DNA of 64,000 nt from a bacterium (GTDB taxonomy: Bacteria > Patescibacteriota > Minisyncoccia > Phycocordibacterales > CAIRYW01). The stretch covers positions 1,329 through 65,328 of the forward strand of contig JAYTUJ010000030.1 of NCBI GenBank assembly GCA_043744615.1, given 5' to 3'. Position numbers and translations under genes: made by a program. Position 1 is the first letter of the stretch; every line of letters begins with the position of its first letter. This document shows, piece by piece, positions 17,825-26,571 of the stretch. A model generated the notes under the pieces. The model did no database searches and was not told the origin of the DNA. It saw only the letters and a program-made list of their open reading frames with translations.

Positions 17825-18949
17825 CTACCTTTTTATTCTTTTAATTGTTAAACGATCTATAATTTCTTTTAAAGCCGTTTCGTCTGAAGTTATGACAAGT
17901 GTTTTTGAGTCAATAAAACAATAAAAGAAAATCAGATTTCCTTCTAGATTATTAAGAGAACGAATGTCTTTGTTATACATTAAACCATCTTGAAACTCAG
18001 GAACTTTATCTGCCGCTGTTGATGAAGACGCTATGTTTAATGATTTATCAGAATATAAAACATCATTTAGATCTTGTCCTAAATATTTTTCCCACCCAAG
18101 CATTCCCGCGTAAGATAAGTCATAAGAATTTGTTTTCAACACTAAAAATTTAATTGGTCTATCAGAATAAAAATTTCCAAACTCGAATACAGAATCAAGA
18201 GATCTTGTAAGTTCAGGAGGCGTTCCTGTCTGTAACAATGAAAATAGTTGGTCTGTACTTATAAGAGACTGTCCTTTTTTGATCTCATATAATTTTATTT
18301 TTCCTTGTTCTAATTTTTCTTTATCGTCATTTATTTTTTTTACAAAAGATGCCTTATCGTCTTCGTCAGAAACTTGAATTTCACTTATTGCATCAGAGTA
18401 TAAAAAATGTTGAAATGTATTTTCTTCCGGCACCACTTGGTTTTTTTGATTATTTATATTTTGTACGTACACAAAAAGAATTGCTCCCCCTAAAAGAATA
18501 GAAAATAAAATAATTATGAAAACTATCCACCCCATTACCCCCCAAGGTTTTTTTTGTTTTTTTACAAAAGAGTTTTCATCTTCTAGTCCAAGGCTTTTTC
18601 TTTTTTGTTGCTCAGCAATTGCAATTTTTACGGTAGATAATTGGTTTGTTTCAACTGCTTGAGCAATATCGTCTTTAAAAGTTCTAACCCTCTGAATGCT
18701 GGGGTAGTCTTTATTTTCATTATTCATTACTTCACCAAAAGATGGTTTTGTAACTCTTTTTACCTCATACCTTCGATTTAGTTTCTGAGCCTCTTGAGAT
18801 TTTAAATTTTGTTGAAAGTTTTGTTCCTCAACAATAGCCTGCCCAAGTTTTTGAGGAACGTTTAAACCAGGAACGTTTAAACCTTCTTGTTTGGGTTTAT
18901 TTTGTCCAAACGGTATAGAGGGGTTTTGTTTTAAACGAAAGTCATCCAT
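17825..18949 (-). CDS. Hypothetical single-pass membrane protein, co-oriented with the dksA-like gene
   Basis: 374-aa ORF with a central hydrophobic helix WGVMGWIVFIIILFSILLGGAILFVYV. Confidence 0.5.
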   Translation of the reverse strand: MDDFRLKQNPSIPFGQNKPKQEGLNVPGLNVPQKLGQAIVEEQNFQQNLKSQEAQKLNRRYEVKRVTKPSFGEVMNNENKDYPSIQRVRTFKDDIAQAVETNQLSTVKIAIAEQQKRKSLGLEDENSFVKKQKKPWGVMGWIVFIIILFSILLGGAILFVYVQNINNQKNQVVPEENTFQHFLYSDAISEIQVSDEDDKASFVKKINDDKEKLEQGKIKLYEIKKGQSLISTDQLFSLLQTGTPPELTRSLDSVFEFGNFYSDRPIKFLVLKTNSYDLSYAGMLGWEKYLGQDLNDVLYSDKSLNIASSSTAADKVPEFQDGLMYNKDIRSLNNLEGNLIFFYCFIDSKTLVITSDETALKEIIDRLTIKRIKR

Positions 18950-18981
18950 TTAAAAGATTATAACACAATCAGTGAGTCCAA

Positions 18982-19512
18982 TTAGTATTTTTTCTGTCGA
19001 GACGGTTGGTTATTTTGGCCAATTAAATATCTTTTTGGCTGTTCTGCGAGATCTAAAAAGTCATCGGCAACTTCAATAAGTTTTGCCGAAGATGATTTTC
19101 CAAAAGAAACTACTTCCACTCGACAACCTTCATGTATTTTTAAATATTCAACAAGAGGAACAAAGTCTCCGTCCCCAGAGACAATAACCACCACATCAAG
19201 TTTTTGAGCTAGTTTAATAGCATCAATAGCTAACCCTACGTCCCAATCCCCTTTTTTTGTTCCACCTGCAAATATTTGAAGTGGTTTTGTCATAATTTCG
19301 ATACCTATTCTTTCAAGTGCTTCAAAAAACATCTTTTCTTCACCAGATTCTGTGTTTATTACATAAGCAAGTGCGCGAATAAGAATTCTTTTAGAAACAG
19401 CGTCTTCGAGAATATTTGAAAAATTAACCCTTGAATGATATAGATTTTTTGCAGAATGATAAAGGTTTTGAGTATCTATAAATACTCCAACCCTTTGATT
19501 TTTATGTTTCAT
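18982..19512 (-). CDS. NYN/LabA-like domain protein (putative RNase)
   Basis: VGVFIDTQNLYHSA ... VVIVSGDGDFVPLVEYL is the NYN signature. Confidence 0.7.
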   Translation of the reverse strand: MKHKNQRVGVFIDTQNLYHSAKNLYHSRVNFSNILEDAVSKRILIRALAYVINTESGEEKMFFEALERIGIEIMTKPLQIFAGGTKKGDWDVGLAIDAIKLAQKLDVVVIVSGDGDFVPLVEYLKIHEGCRVEVVSFGKSSSAKLIEVADDFLDLAEQPKRYLIGQNNQPSRQKKY

Positions 19513-19519
19513 ACGTGTG

Positions 19520-19552
19520 TTTAATAAAAAAAGTGCCTTTTTAGAGCACTTT
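19520..19552 (-). terminator. Rho-independent terminator downstream of rpsO
   Basis: Hairpin AGTGC-N9-GCACT followed by a T-run on the minus strand. Confidence 0.45.
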
Positions 19553-19563
19553 TTGTTTTACTA

Positions 19564-19854
19564 CTAAGCCTTTTTCTTTAATTCTAATTTTTTTGCAATA
19601 GAAGCGTATCTCTTTGGACTGTTTTTTTGTAGGTATTTCATGTGAGATTGTCTATCAGCAACCATTTGCAATAAACCTCTTCGAGAATGGAAGTCCTTTT
19701 TGTTCTTTTTTAGATGACCACTTAATTCCTCAATTCTTTTGGTTAAAAGACCAATTTGCACCTCTGGAGACCCAGTATCTGTGTCGTGAATTTTGGTGTT
19801 TGTGATCACCTTTACTTTCTTTGTCTTGGTTAACATGTGAAGGTATCTTATCAC
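19564..19854 (-). CDS. rpsO: 30S ribosomal protein S15
   Basis: GSPEVQIGLLTKRI...HLKKNKKDFHSRRGLL is the S15 signature. Confidence 0.9.
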   Translation of the reverse strand: MIRYLHMLTKTKKVKVITNTKIHDTDTGSPEVQIGLLTKRIEELSGHLKKNKKDFHSRRGLLQMVADRQSHMKYLQKNSPKRYASIAKKLELKKKA

Positions 19855-19925
19855 GAAACCAATTATTTTGCAATATCACTACAGAAGCAATAGAAAAGGT
19901 GCAATTTTAGCTTAAAAGAGCTATA

Positions 19926-20897
19926 ATGTCGGAAAATATGCAGATAAAACTATCTGATTTAAAAAGGCAGTTTCTAGAATACTTAGAAATTGAAAAAGGC
20001 CGTAGTTTAAAGACAATTAGCAACTACGATCGTTATATTTCTAGCTTTTTAACACATACAAAAGAAGAAAACCCTTCTGCTATTAGTGATAATATGCTTC
20101 GGGAATACCGAATGTCATTAAATAGAAGGGAGTCCGGTGTTATTGAGAGTGGAAGACGTGCAACCCTAAAGAAAAAGACTCAAAATTACTACTTAATCGC
20201 AATAAGAGGCTTTTTAAAGTATCTAGCAAAGATAGGTATAACATCTTTACCTGCAGAAAGGATTGAATTAGCCAAAGTTGGTGATAGATCGCTTGATTTA
20301 ATGAGTAATGAAGAGTTAAAAAGGTTATTAGCTGCTCCATCTGAGTCTGATCTCAAGTCGTTGAGAGACAAGGCTATATTAGAGATGTTATTCTCAACAG
20401 GGTTACGAGTCTCCGAACTTTGCTCTTTAAATAGGGATATTGACCTCACAAAAGATGAATTATCTGTTCGAGGTAAGGGTGATAAGGTAAGAGTTGTGTT
20501 TATATCTGAAGAAGCAAAAAATATACTTCAGCTTTATCTTAAAAAAAGAGATGATATGGACGAAGCTCTATTTGTTCATATTGCGCTAAAATCAGCCAAG
20601 TCTAAAGAAGAAGATGTTTCACGTAAAACAATTTCACGTGAAACAATGAGATTAACCAGCCGATCAATAGAAAGAATTGTAAAGTATTACGCTGTAAAAG
20701 CTGGAATATCAAAAAAAGTTACACCTCACGTCGTAAGACATAGTTTTGCTACTGATTTGCTTATAAATGGTGCAGATCTTCGCTCTGTGCAGATGATGTT
20801 GGGTCATGCAAATATATCTACAACTCAAGTTTACACACACTTTACTGATAAACAGTTAAAAGACATACATAAAAAGTTTCACGGGAAACAAAATTAA
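19926..20897 (+). CDS. Tyrosine site-specific recombinase (XerC/XerD family)
   Basis: C-terminal HVVRHSFATDLL ... LGHANISTTQVYTH catalytic motifs. Confidence 0.85.
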   Translation: MSENMQIKLSDLKRQFLEYLEIEKGRSLKTISNYDRYISSFLTHTKEENPSAISDNMLREYRMSLNRRESGVIESGRRATLKKKTQNYYLIAIRGFLKYLAKIGITSLPAERIELAKVGDRSLDLMSNEELKRLLAAPSESDLKSLRDKAILEMLFSTGLRVSELCSLNRDIDLTKDELSVRGKGDKVRVVFISEEAKNILQLYLKKRDDMDEALFVHIALKSAKSKEEDVSRKTISRETMRLTSRSIERIVKYYAVKAGISKKVTPHVVRHSFATDLLINGADLRSVQMMLGHANISTTQVYTHFTDKQLKDIHKKFHGKQN

Positions 20898-20922
20898 GTT
20901 ATAGTTAAGTAACATAAATTTA

Positions 20923-21702
20923 ATGTTACACATGAAACTAATATCTTGGAATGTTAATGGAATAAGAGCTTGGCACAAAAAAGAAGCCTATAAAGAGGTT
21001 TTTAAGCTAAAACCAGATATTCTTTGCCTGCAAGAGATAAAAGCTGAAGAATCTCAGATTCCACAGGATGTTTCATGTGTAACAGGCTACACAAGTATTT
21101 TTGAGTCTTCTAAAGCAAAGAAGGGTTATAGCGGTGTCGCTGTTTATACAAAGGATAAACCTGTTACACATGAAACAAAGCTAGGTGTTTCCGAATTAGA
21201 TCAAGAAGGAAGGGTCATTGTGGCTATTTTTGAAAAGATAGTTCTACTTAACTGCTATTTCCCAAATGGTGGTGGAGGCCCAGAAAGATTAGAGTATAAA
21301 CTCAAATACTACGATCAGTTTTTAAAAGTTATCGAAAAGTATCGAAAAGACGGTTACGGAGTTATTTTTTGTGGAGATATAAATACTGCTCATAAAGAGG
21401 TTGATCTTGCTCGCCCAAAAGAGAATGAAAAAAATACAGGTTTCTTGCCAATCGAACGTGCTTGGATAGATAAACTAGTTAGTTTAGGCTACGTCGATAC
21501 TTTTAGACATGTTAATCGTGAAACAAAAGATGCCTATAGCTACTGGGATATGAAAACTTTTGCTCGACAAAGGAATGTTGGGTGGAGGATAGACTATTTT
21601 TTTGTGAGCCCAGACCTTGTTGATAAGATAAAAGACGCGTATATATTGTCTGATATACAAGGTTCAGATCATTGTCCTATAGTACTTGAAATCGATTTAT
21701 AG
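20923..21702 (+). CDS. xth: Exodeoxyribonuclease III (AP endonuclease)
   Basis: ISWNVNGIRA at the N-terminus, the QEIK motif, and SDHCPIVLEIDL at the C-terminus. Confidence 0.85.
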   Translation: MLHMKLISWNVNGIRAWHKKEAYKEVFKLKPDILCLQEIKAEESQIPQDVSCVTGYTSIFESSKAKKGYSGVAVYTKDKPVTHETKLGVSELDQEGRVIVAIFEKIVLLNCYFPNGGGGPERLEYKLKYYDQFLKVIEKYRKDGYGVIFCGDINTAHKEVDLARPKENEKNTGFLPIERAWIDKLVSLGYVDTFRHVNRETKDAYSYWDMKTFARQRNVGWRIDYFFVSPDLVDKIKDAYILSDIQGSDHCPIVLEIDL

Positions 21703-21704
21703 CC

Positions 21705-23168
21705 TTATTTAACAAAGTGTTTTTTGTTTATTGACTCAACAGCTTTCTTGTTCTCTTCTTCGATTATTTTTCTTCCTTCTTGTCCTTTTAAAAATAGTTC
21801 CACATCACTTAAGGTATCTAATTCTTTTACTCGCAGTGTGAGTAGTTCAACAGTATTCATCTTAGGATCTTCTATAACTTCATAGAATAAAGCATACAGT
21901 ATATGACCAATTCGAGGTCCTGCTTTTGAATTTGTTATTTCTATTATATTACCCCCATTCAGTTTTAAGCTTGTCACGGATACAGGATCACGCATGACCT
22001 CATCAATCATAGCCTTGTATTTACGAAGTCTATAAGGATCTTCTTTTGGTCTTCCTGTACCAATACGATCACACATTCGAAGGTTAGTAAGCTTTTCTAT
22101 GTTTTCTTTTCCAACATTAGCAACAATTCTTCGAACAGCCGAAAGGGTAATATTCTCAGTATCACTAAAAAACATGTGCCAACGGATAAGTTTACAAACA
22201 GTTTCAATTAATCTTTTAGGGAATTTTAATCTTTCTAATATAATTTTAGCCATTCGACTTCCCACAACTTCGTGGTTATAAAAGGTCCATTCCTTCTTTT
22301 CTTTTGAAAACTCACGAGTTTTTGGTTTTCCTACGTCGTGTAATAAAGCAGATATTCTTATTTCAAAATCCCATTTTTTATCAGCGGCATGTTGTAGGCT
22401 TCGTAAAAGATGTTCAAAAACATCAAAAGAGTGAGCTTGATTTTGTTCACAACCAACACCTTCTAGTAATTCGGGGATAATATAGCCTAAAAGATTGAGT
22501 TTTTGAGCAAAAACAATACCTTGCATTGGTTTATCTGAATTTAAGATACGGATAAGTTCATCTCGTATTCTTTCAAAAGCGATGTTTTTGAGCAGTGCGC
22601 TATCGTTAAAAATAGACAACGCCGTCTCACTACTTATTGTAAAGTCTAATTCTGACGCGAGACGAATAGCTCGTAACATACGTAAGCCATCTTCTTTAAA
22701 TCGTTGATCAGGGTCGCCAACAGCCTTTATAAGCTTTAATTCTAAGTCTTTTCTTCCGTTAAAAGGATCTATAATTAAATCTGCCGAAGAGTCGTAGGCT
22801 ATGGCGTTTATCGTAAAGTCTCTTCTTTGAAGGTCTTCGTCAATTTTTTCACTAAACTCTACATTGTCAGGGTGTCTGTTATCAGAATAAGCAGACTCTT
22901 TTCGATAAGGTGTCACTTCAACTATTTTTAAGCTCGGTTCTTCACATTCTTCGTTAACAACACCGACTGTCCCAAAGGTGTTTTCATAAAATGTCTTTGG
23001 AAATAAGGCTATAATCTGGTCAGGGGTGGCATTAGTAGTTACATCCCAGTCTTTTGGAGTTCTACCTAAAATAAGGTCTCTTACACATCCTCCTACTAAA
23101 AAAGCCTCGAAATTAGCATTTTTTAGTGTATTTGTTACATGTGAAACCTCTTTTGGTATGTTAAACAC
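21705..23168 (-). CDS. cca: CCA-adding tRNA nucleotidyltransferase with an HD domain
   Basis: LVGGCVRDLILGR ... DxD polymerase-beta head, and an HD motif LLHDVGK. Confidence 0.8.
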   Translation of the reverse strand: MFNIPKEVSHVTNTLKNANFEAFLVGGCVRDLILGRTPKDWDVTTNATPDQIIALFPKTFYENTFGTVGVVNEECEEPSLKIVEVTPYRKESAYSDNRHPDNVEFSEKIDEDLQRRDFTINAIAYDSSADLIIDPFNGRKDLELKLIKAVGDPDQRFKEDGLRMLRAIRLASELDFTISSETALSIFNDSALLKNIAFERIRDELIRILNSDKPMQGIVFAQKLNLLGYIIPELLEGVGCEQNQAHSFDVFEHLLRSLQHAADKKWDFEIRISALLHDVGKPKTREFSKEKKEWTFYNHEVVGSRMAKIILERLKFPKRLIETVCKLIRWHMFFSDTENITLSAVRRIVANVGKENIEKLTNLRMCDRIGTGRPKEDPYRLRKYKAMIDEVMRDPVSVTSLKLNGGNIIEITNSKAGPRIGHILYALFYEVIEDPKMNTVELLTLRVKELDTLSDVELFLKGQEGRKIIEEENKKAVESINKKHFVK

Positions 23169-23240
23169 TGTTATATTGTAGTATACATGAAAAGAATATG
23201 CTATAATTTCTTGAGCCTTATAAAATAGGCTTTAAAGTAG

Positions 23241-23315
23241 GTTTTATGCTCTTGTGGTGAAATGGATATCACAACGGTCTTCGGAACCGTTATTGTGGGT
23301 TCGAATCCTGCCAGG
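23241..23315 (+). tRNA. tRNA-Arg (anticodon TCG), CCA encoded
   Basis: Manual cloverleaf: 7-bp acceptor stem, anticodon loop cTTCGga, T-loop GTTCGAATC, 3' ACCA. Confidence 0.7.
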
Positions 23316-23359
23316 AGCACCATTTTTTAAAAACATCTGTGATACCAATGTTTTTTAAT

Positions 23360-23430
23360 GCGGGTATGGTTTAGTGGTAGAATACGTCCTTGCCAAGGAT
23401 GAGACGAGAGTTCGATTCTCTCTACCCGCA
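23360..23430 (+). tRNA. tRNA-Gly (anticodon GCC), CCA not encoded
   Basis: Manual cloverleaf: acceptor GCGGGTA/TACCCGC, anticodon loop tTGCCaa, T-stem GAGAG/CTCTC, discriminator A then CAC. Confidence 0.75.
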
Positions 23431-23503
23431 CACGCTAGTAAGATAGACCGAGAAGGCTGAAAGTTGATAAATTACTACTCAAACCTCTTAAAATAAGTTA
23501 ACA

Positions 23504-24373
23504 TTGAGTTATATGAAAAATAAACAAAAAGGCTTCGTCGTTCCCTTGATTTTGGTAATTGTTGCGATGATTGCCGTAGGCGGAGGAGTATATTTGTATC
23601 AAGAAAATAAAGTACCTGAAAATATAGAGCTTGATAAAATGTCCACAACTACTTCAGTTTCAGATGAAAACAAAGATAAAAAGACAGAAGAAGAAACTCT
23701 AAAAAAAGAAGTTGCCCAAGTACAAAAATGTGAATTAGTAGTCACTTCTCTTACCGCTAATTCAAAGGTCTCTTTTCCTTTGAATGTAAGAGGAACAATT
23801 GATAATAGAGCTGCGGGTTGTTCTTGGCAGATGTTTGAAGGACAGGCAGGTACCGCCCAATTATTCTTCAATTATGAAAATAAAGGTTGGAAACCTATTG
23901 GAGTTTCAGTACCTATAAAAGTCGCTGATTGGGCAGCAAAAACGACTTCTTTTGAGGTTGTTCTTAATTTTAATAATGAAGGTATAGGGATTCCCTCTGG
24001 TACTCCTATGAAAATAGTCTTTACTGCGGAAAATGCAGCAGCGATTGAACCTAGTAAAAAACTTGAGTTACCTATTACTTTAGATCTAAATACAAGCACT
24101 GGCCAAACTGGAAGTGTAAAAATCATGTTATCGGACGGAGACTTATATGACAGCTCATTAACTATTCCTGCTCAGGTAACACTAGAAGATAAGAGTAATA
24201 AAGGAAGAGTTTATTCTGCACATTCCTCAAACGGTATTGCTGTTTTTAATGATATTTTAGCTGGATCTTACATGGTCCACATAGCAGCTTCTGGCTTTAA
24301 AGATGTGTACACTGATCTTGCGATAAAGTCGGGAGATAATGGTTTTGGCCTCTCAGTCGCGCTACATAAATAA
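23504..24373 (+). CDS. Exported protein with a Gmad2-type Ig-like domain and a carboxypeptidase-regulatory-like beta-sandwich
   Basis: N-terminal anchor. SFPLNVRGT...CSWQMFEGQAGTAQLF...ADWAAKTTSFEVVLNF matches the Gmad2 pattern. The C-terminus has AGSYMVHIAASGFKDVYTD. Confidence 0.55.
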   Translation: MSYMKNKQKGFVVPLILVIVAMIAVGGGVYLYQENKVPENIELDKMSTTTSVSDENKDKKTEEETLKKEVAQVQKCELVVTSLTANSKVSFPLNVRGTIDNRAAGCSWQMFEGQAGTAQLFFNYENKGWKPIGVSVPIKVADWAAKTTSFEVVLNFNNEGIGIPSGTPMKIVFTAENAAAIEPSKKLELPITLDLNTSTGQTGSVKIMLSDGDLYDSSLTIPAQVTLEDKSNKGRVYSAHSSNGIAVFNDILAGSYMVHIAASGFKDVYTDLAIKSGDNGFGLSVALHK

Positions 24374-24698
24374 TTGCTTGACATCACCCCCCCCCTCAAA
24401 AAAAATCTAGCTATATTCCCGAATGAGTAATAAGGCAACTATTGAAATCATAGCTTCATCTTGGAAGCAAGGATAATTAGAGGTTTCAGGTTTAATATTT
24501 TGAAACTACCCAAAGAACCCTTGTGGGTCTCTTACCTAACACCGAGACCTTGAGCGGCACAGAAATAGTGTCAAAATGACCTTTAAACTGTGGATAAACA
24601 TGTGAATTGTGTGTAAAAGACAGTCTTTTTAGACTTTTTGACGAACTTTTTACCTTATTTTGATTCATATTTTATCGGACAGGTATATATTTTAATAT

Positions 24699-25055
24699 GT
24701 GAGACATATTAAAATAGGACTTTTAGGTGAACATTTAGCTTGTAAAAAGCTTGTTTCTTTAGGTCATAGTATTGTCCAAAGAAACTTTAGGACTCGCTTT
24801 GGTGAATTAGACATAATTACTCGAAAGGGTAAAAAAGTCTTTTTTATTGAAGTTAAAACAGAGTCTTCAAAGAATAGGGGACAGATAACTTTTTCTGATA
24901 GAATATCAACAATAAAACTGATTCGTCTAAAAAAGACATCTGATATATTTTTATATAATCATCCCGATGTGTTGTTTGAACATGTTGCATGTTTTGTTAG
25001 CCTTGATTTGTTTCGTAAAAAAGTATCTTTTCTTATAATGAGGAATATTTTATAG
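24699..25055 (+). CDS. YraN/UPF0102-family putative endonuclease
   Basis: GEHLACKKL...GELDIITRKGKKVFFIEVKT is the family signature. Confidence 0.65.
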   Translation: MRHIKIGLLGEHLACKKLVSLGHSIVQRNFRTRFGELDIITRKGKKVFFIEVKTESSKNRGQITFSDRISTIKLIRLKKTSDIFLYNHPDVLFEHVACFVSLDLFRKKVSFLIMRNIL

Positions 25056-25091
25056 ATTTGTTATAACTTTATGCTATACTGTCTTTCATAT

Positions 25092-25164
25092 CGGGGCGTA
25101 GTGTAACGGCTAACATTCCTGTTTTGGGAACAGGCGACTCAGGGTTCGAATCCCTGCGCCCCGA
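25092..25164 (+). tRNA. tRNA-Pro (anticodon TGG), CCA not encoded
   Basis: Manual cloverleaf: acceptor CGGGGCG/CGCCCCG, anticodon loop tTTGGga, T-arm CAGGG-TTCGAAT-CCCTG. Confidence 0.75.
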
Positions 25165-25172
25165 CAAATAAA

Positions 25173-26228
25173 ATGATTTCTCGAATTGTAACTCATTTAC
25201 GGCCTCATGCCGATGAATTAGTGGCTCTTATGCTTCTTCGTACCTTTAAACAAGGCGAAGAATTTTTTCCTGGTATTATGCAAGCAAAATTAGAATATAT
25301 GGCCACTGGTCTTATTTCAGAAGGAAAGACGACTTTAGATTTTCCCGACACCGTTTTTCTTGGTTGTGGTGGTGGGATTTTTGACGAACATTCGACTTTT
25401 AAGACAGATCACAAGATTGGTTCTTGTTGTACGACTCTTGTTGCTGAAAAACTTGGAGTTCTCAAAGAAAAAGGACTCGAACGAATTTTGTTTCAGGTTT
25501 TACGAGAAGACGAGGTTGGTGCTAAGGTAAAACATGAAATTCCTTCAATAATTAAGCTTTTGCATAATAAGTATCCAAATGAACCTGAAAAAGTTGCTAC
25601 GTGGACGGTAGAGGCTTACGAAGCTGTTTATAAGCATGATCTTTTAAATAAAATTTATGTTCAAGAACCAATAACTTTTGAGCATGTATTCTCTATTTTA
25701 CAAAAGCAAAACTCGGCAAAAGCGATAGAATGGAAATCAATAGGGGACGGAGCGATAGATTATCAAAATCAACGTTTTCAAGAGGCAGGAATATATTTTA
25801 ATACTCACGCACAAATAGAAAATTTGAATATACCAGAGATAGGGAACATAAAGATTGCCTCGATTATTACCGATAATGAAGAAACAAATAGAGCGGCTCG
25901 TTTTAAAGGTGTTTCGGTTCTTATACAATTTAATACTCGTGGTAATTGTGCAATTTTTACTGATTATAAGAAAAAACTTGATTTAACAAATACATTTGTT
26001 ATGTTACGTCTAGCAGAACAATCGTATCGAGGCTCTGTTGAGATAAAAGACACTCATCTGTTATCAAAGGAAGGTTTCACAGAGGGTATCCCTTATTGGT
26101 TTTTATTTCATACTCGTCAAATGGGTTTTAATGGAAGTCTTACTACATCAGATATTCCTCCAACAATGATTCCACACGAAAAAATTATTAATATTGTAAA
26201 ACAAGGGCTTTTAACAAAATTTCAGTAA
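25173..26228 (+). CDS. MYG1/UPF0160-family metal-dependent hydrolase
   Basis: N-terminal ITHLRPHADELVALMLLR matches the MYG1 signature THxGxFHxDExLAxxLL. Confidence 0.6.
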   Translation: MISRIVTHLRPHADELVALMLLRTFKQGEEFFPGIMQAKLEYMATGLISEGKTTLDFPDTVFLGCGGGIFDEHSTFKTDHKIGSCCTTLVAEKLGVLKEKGLERILFQVLREDEVGAKVKHEIPSIIKLLHNKYPNEPEKVATWTVEAYEAVYKHDLLNKIYVQEPITFEHVFSILQKQNSAKAIEWKSIGDGAIDYQNQRFQEAGIYFNTHAQIENLNIPEIGNIKIASIITDNEETNRAARFKGVSVLIQFNTRGNCAIFTDYKKKLDLTNTFVMLRLAEQSYRGSVEIKDTHLLSKEGFTEGIPYWFLFHTRQMGFNGSLTTSDIPPTMIPHEKIINIVKQGLLTKFQ

Positions 26229-26242
26229 TAAAGTATAAATAC

Positions 26243-26569
26243 ATGTCTAAATTATTTAAGAAAAACAAAGAAGATTTTATTTGTGAAAAAGAAGATTGCA
26301 AAAAAGTTGTAAAAGGTAATGGTTATACGAATCACTGCCCGCAGTGTCTATGGAGTAAGCATGTTGATATTAATCCAGGGGATAGAGAAGCAACTTGTGG
26401 GGCTATGATGAAACCTGTTGATGGGGGTTCTGGAAAAAATAATTTTTATGTCATTCAACAATGTATTATTTGTGGACATCAAAAAAGAAACGAAACTTCA
26501 CCTGAAGATAATTTTGACGTACTGACAAAAGTGATTGAAGAAAAAAATAAAAAATTACTTTCTCGTTAA
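26243..26569 (+). CDS. RNHCP-type zinc-ribbon protein
   Basis: Cys pairs CxxxxC, NHCPQC and CIIC. TNHCP resembles the RNHCP motif. Confidence 0.5.
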   Translation: MSKLFKKNKEDFICEKEDCKKVVKGNGYTNHCPQCLWSKHVDINPGDREATCGAMMKPVDGGSGKNNFYVIQQCIICGHQKRNETSPEDNFDVLTKVIEEKNKKLLSR

Positions 26570-26571
26570 GT

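Noticed and set aside
24374-24698. RNase P RNA, tmRNA, SRP RNA or 6S RNA in the long spacer upstream of yraN
   Set aside because: There is no CCGGCTTA-like P4 strand, no tRNA-like 3' domain, and no GGAAG-CAGCC SRP motif. I could not support any named ncRNA by eye, so it is left as an unassigned structured region.
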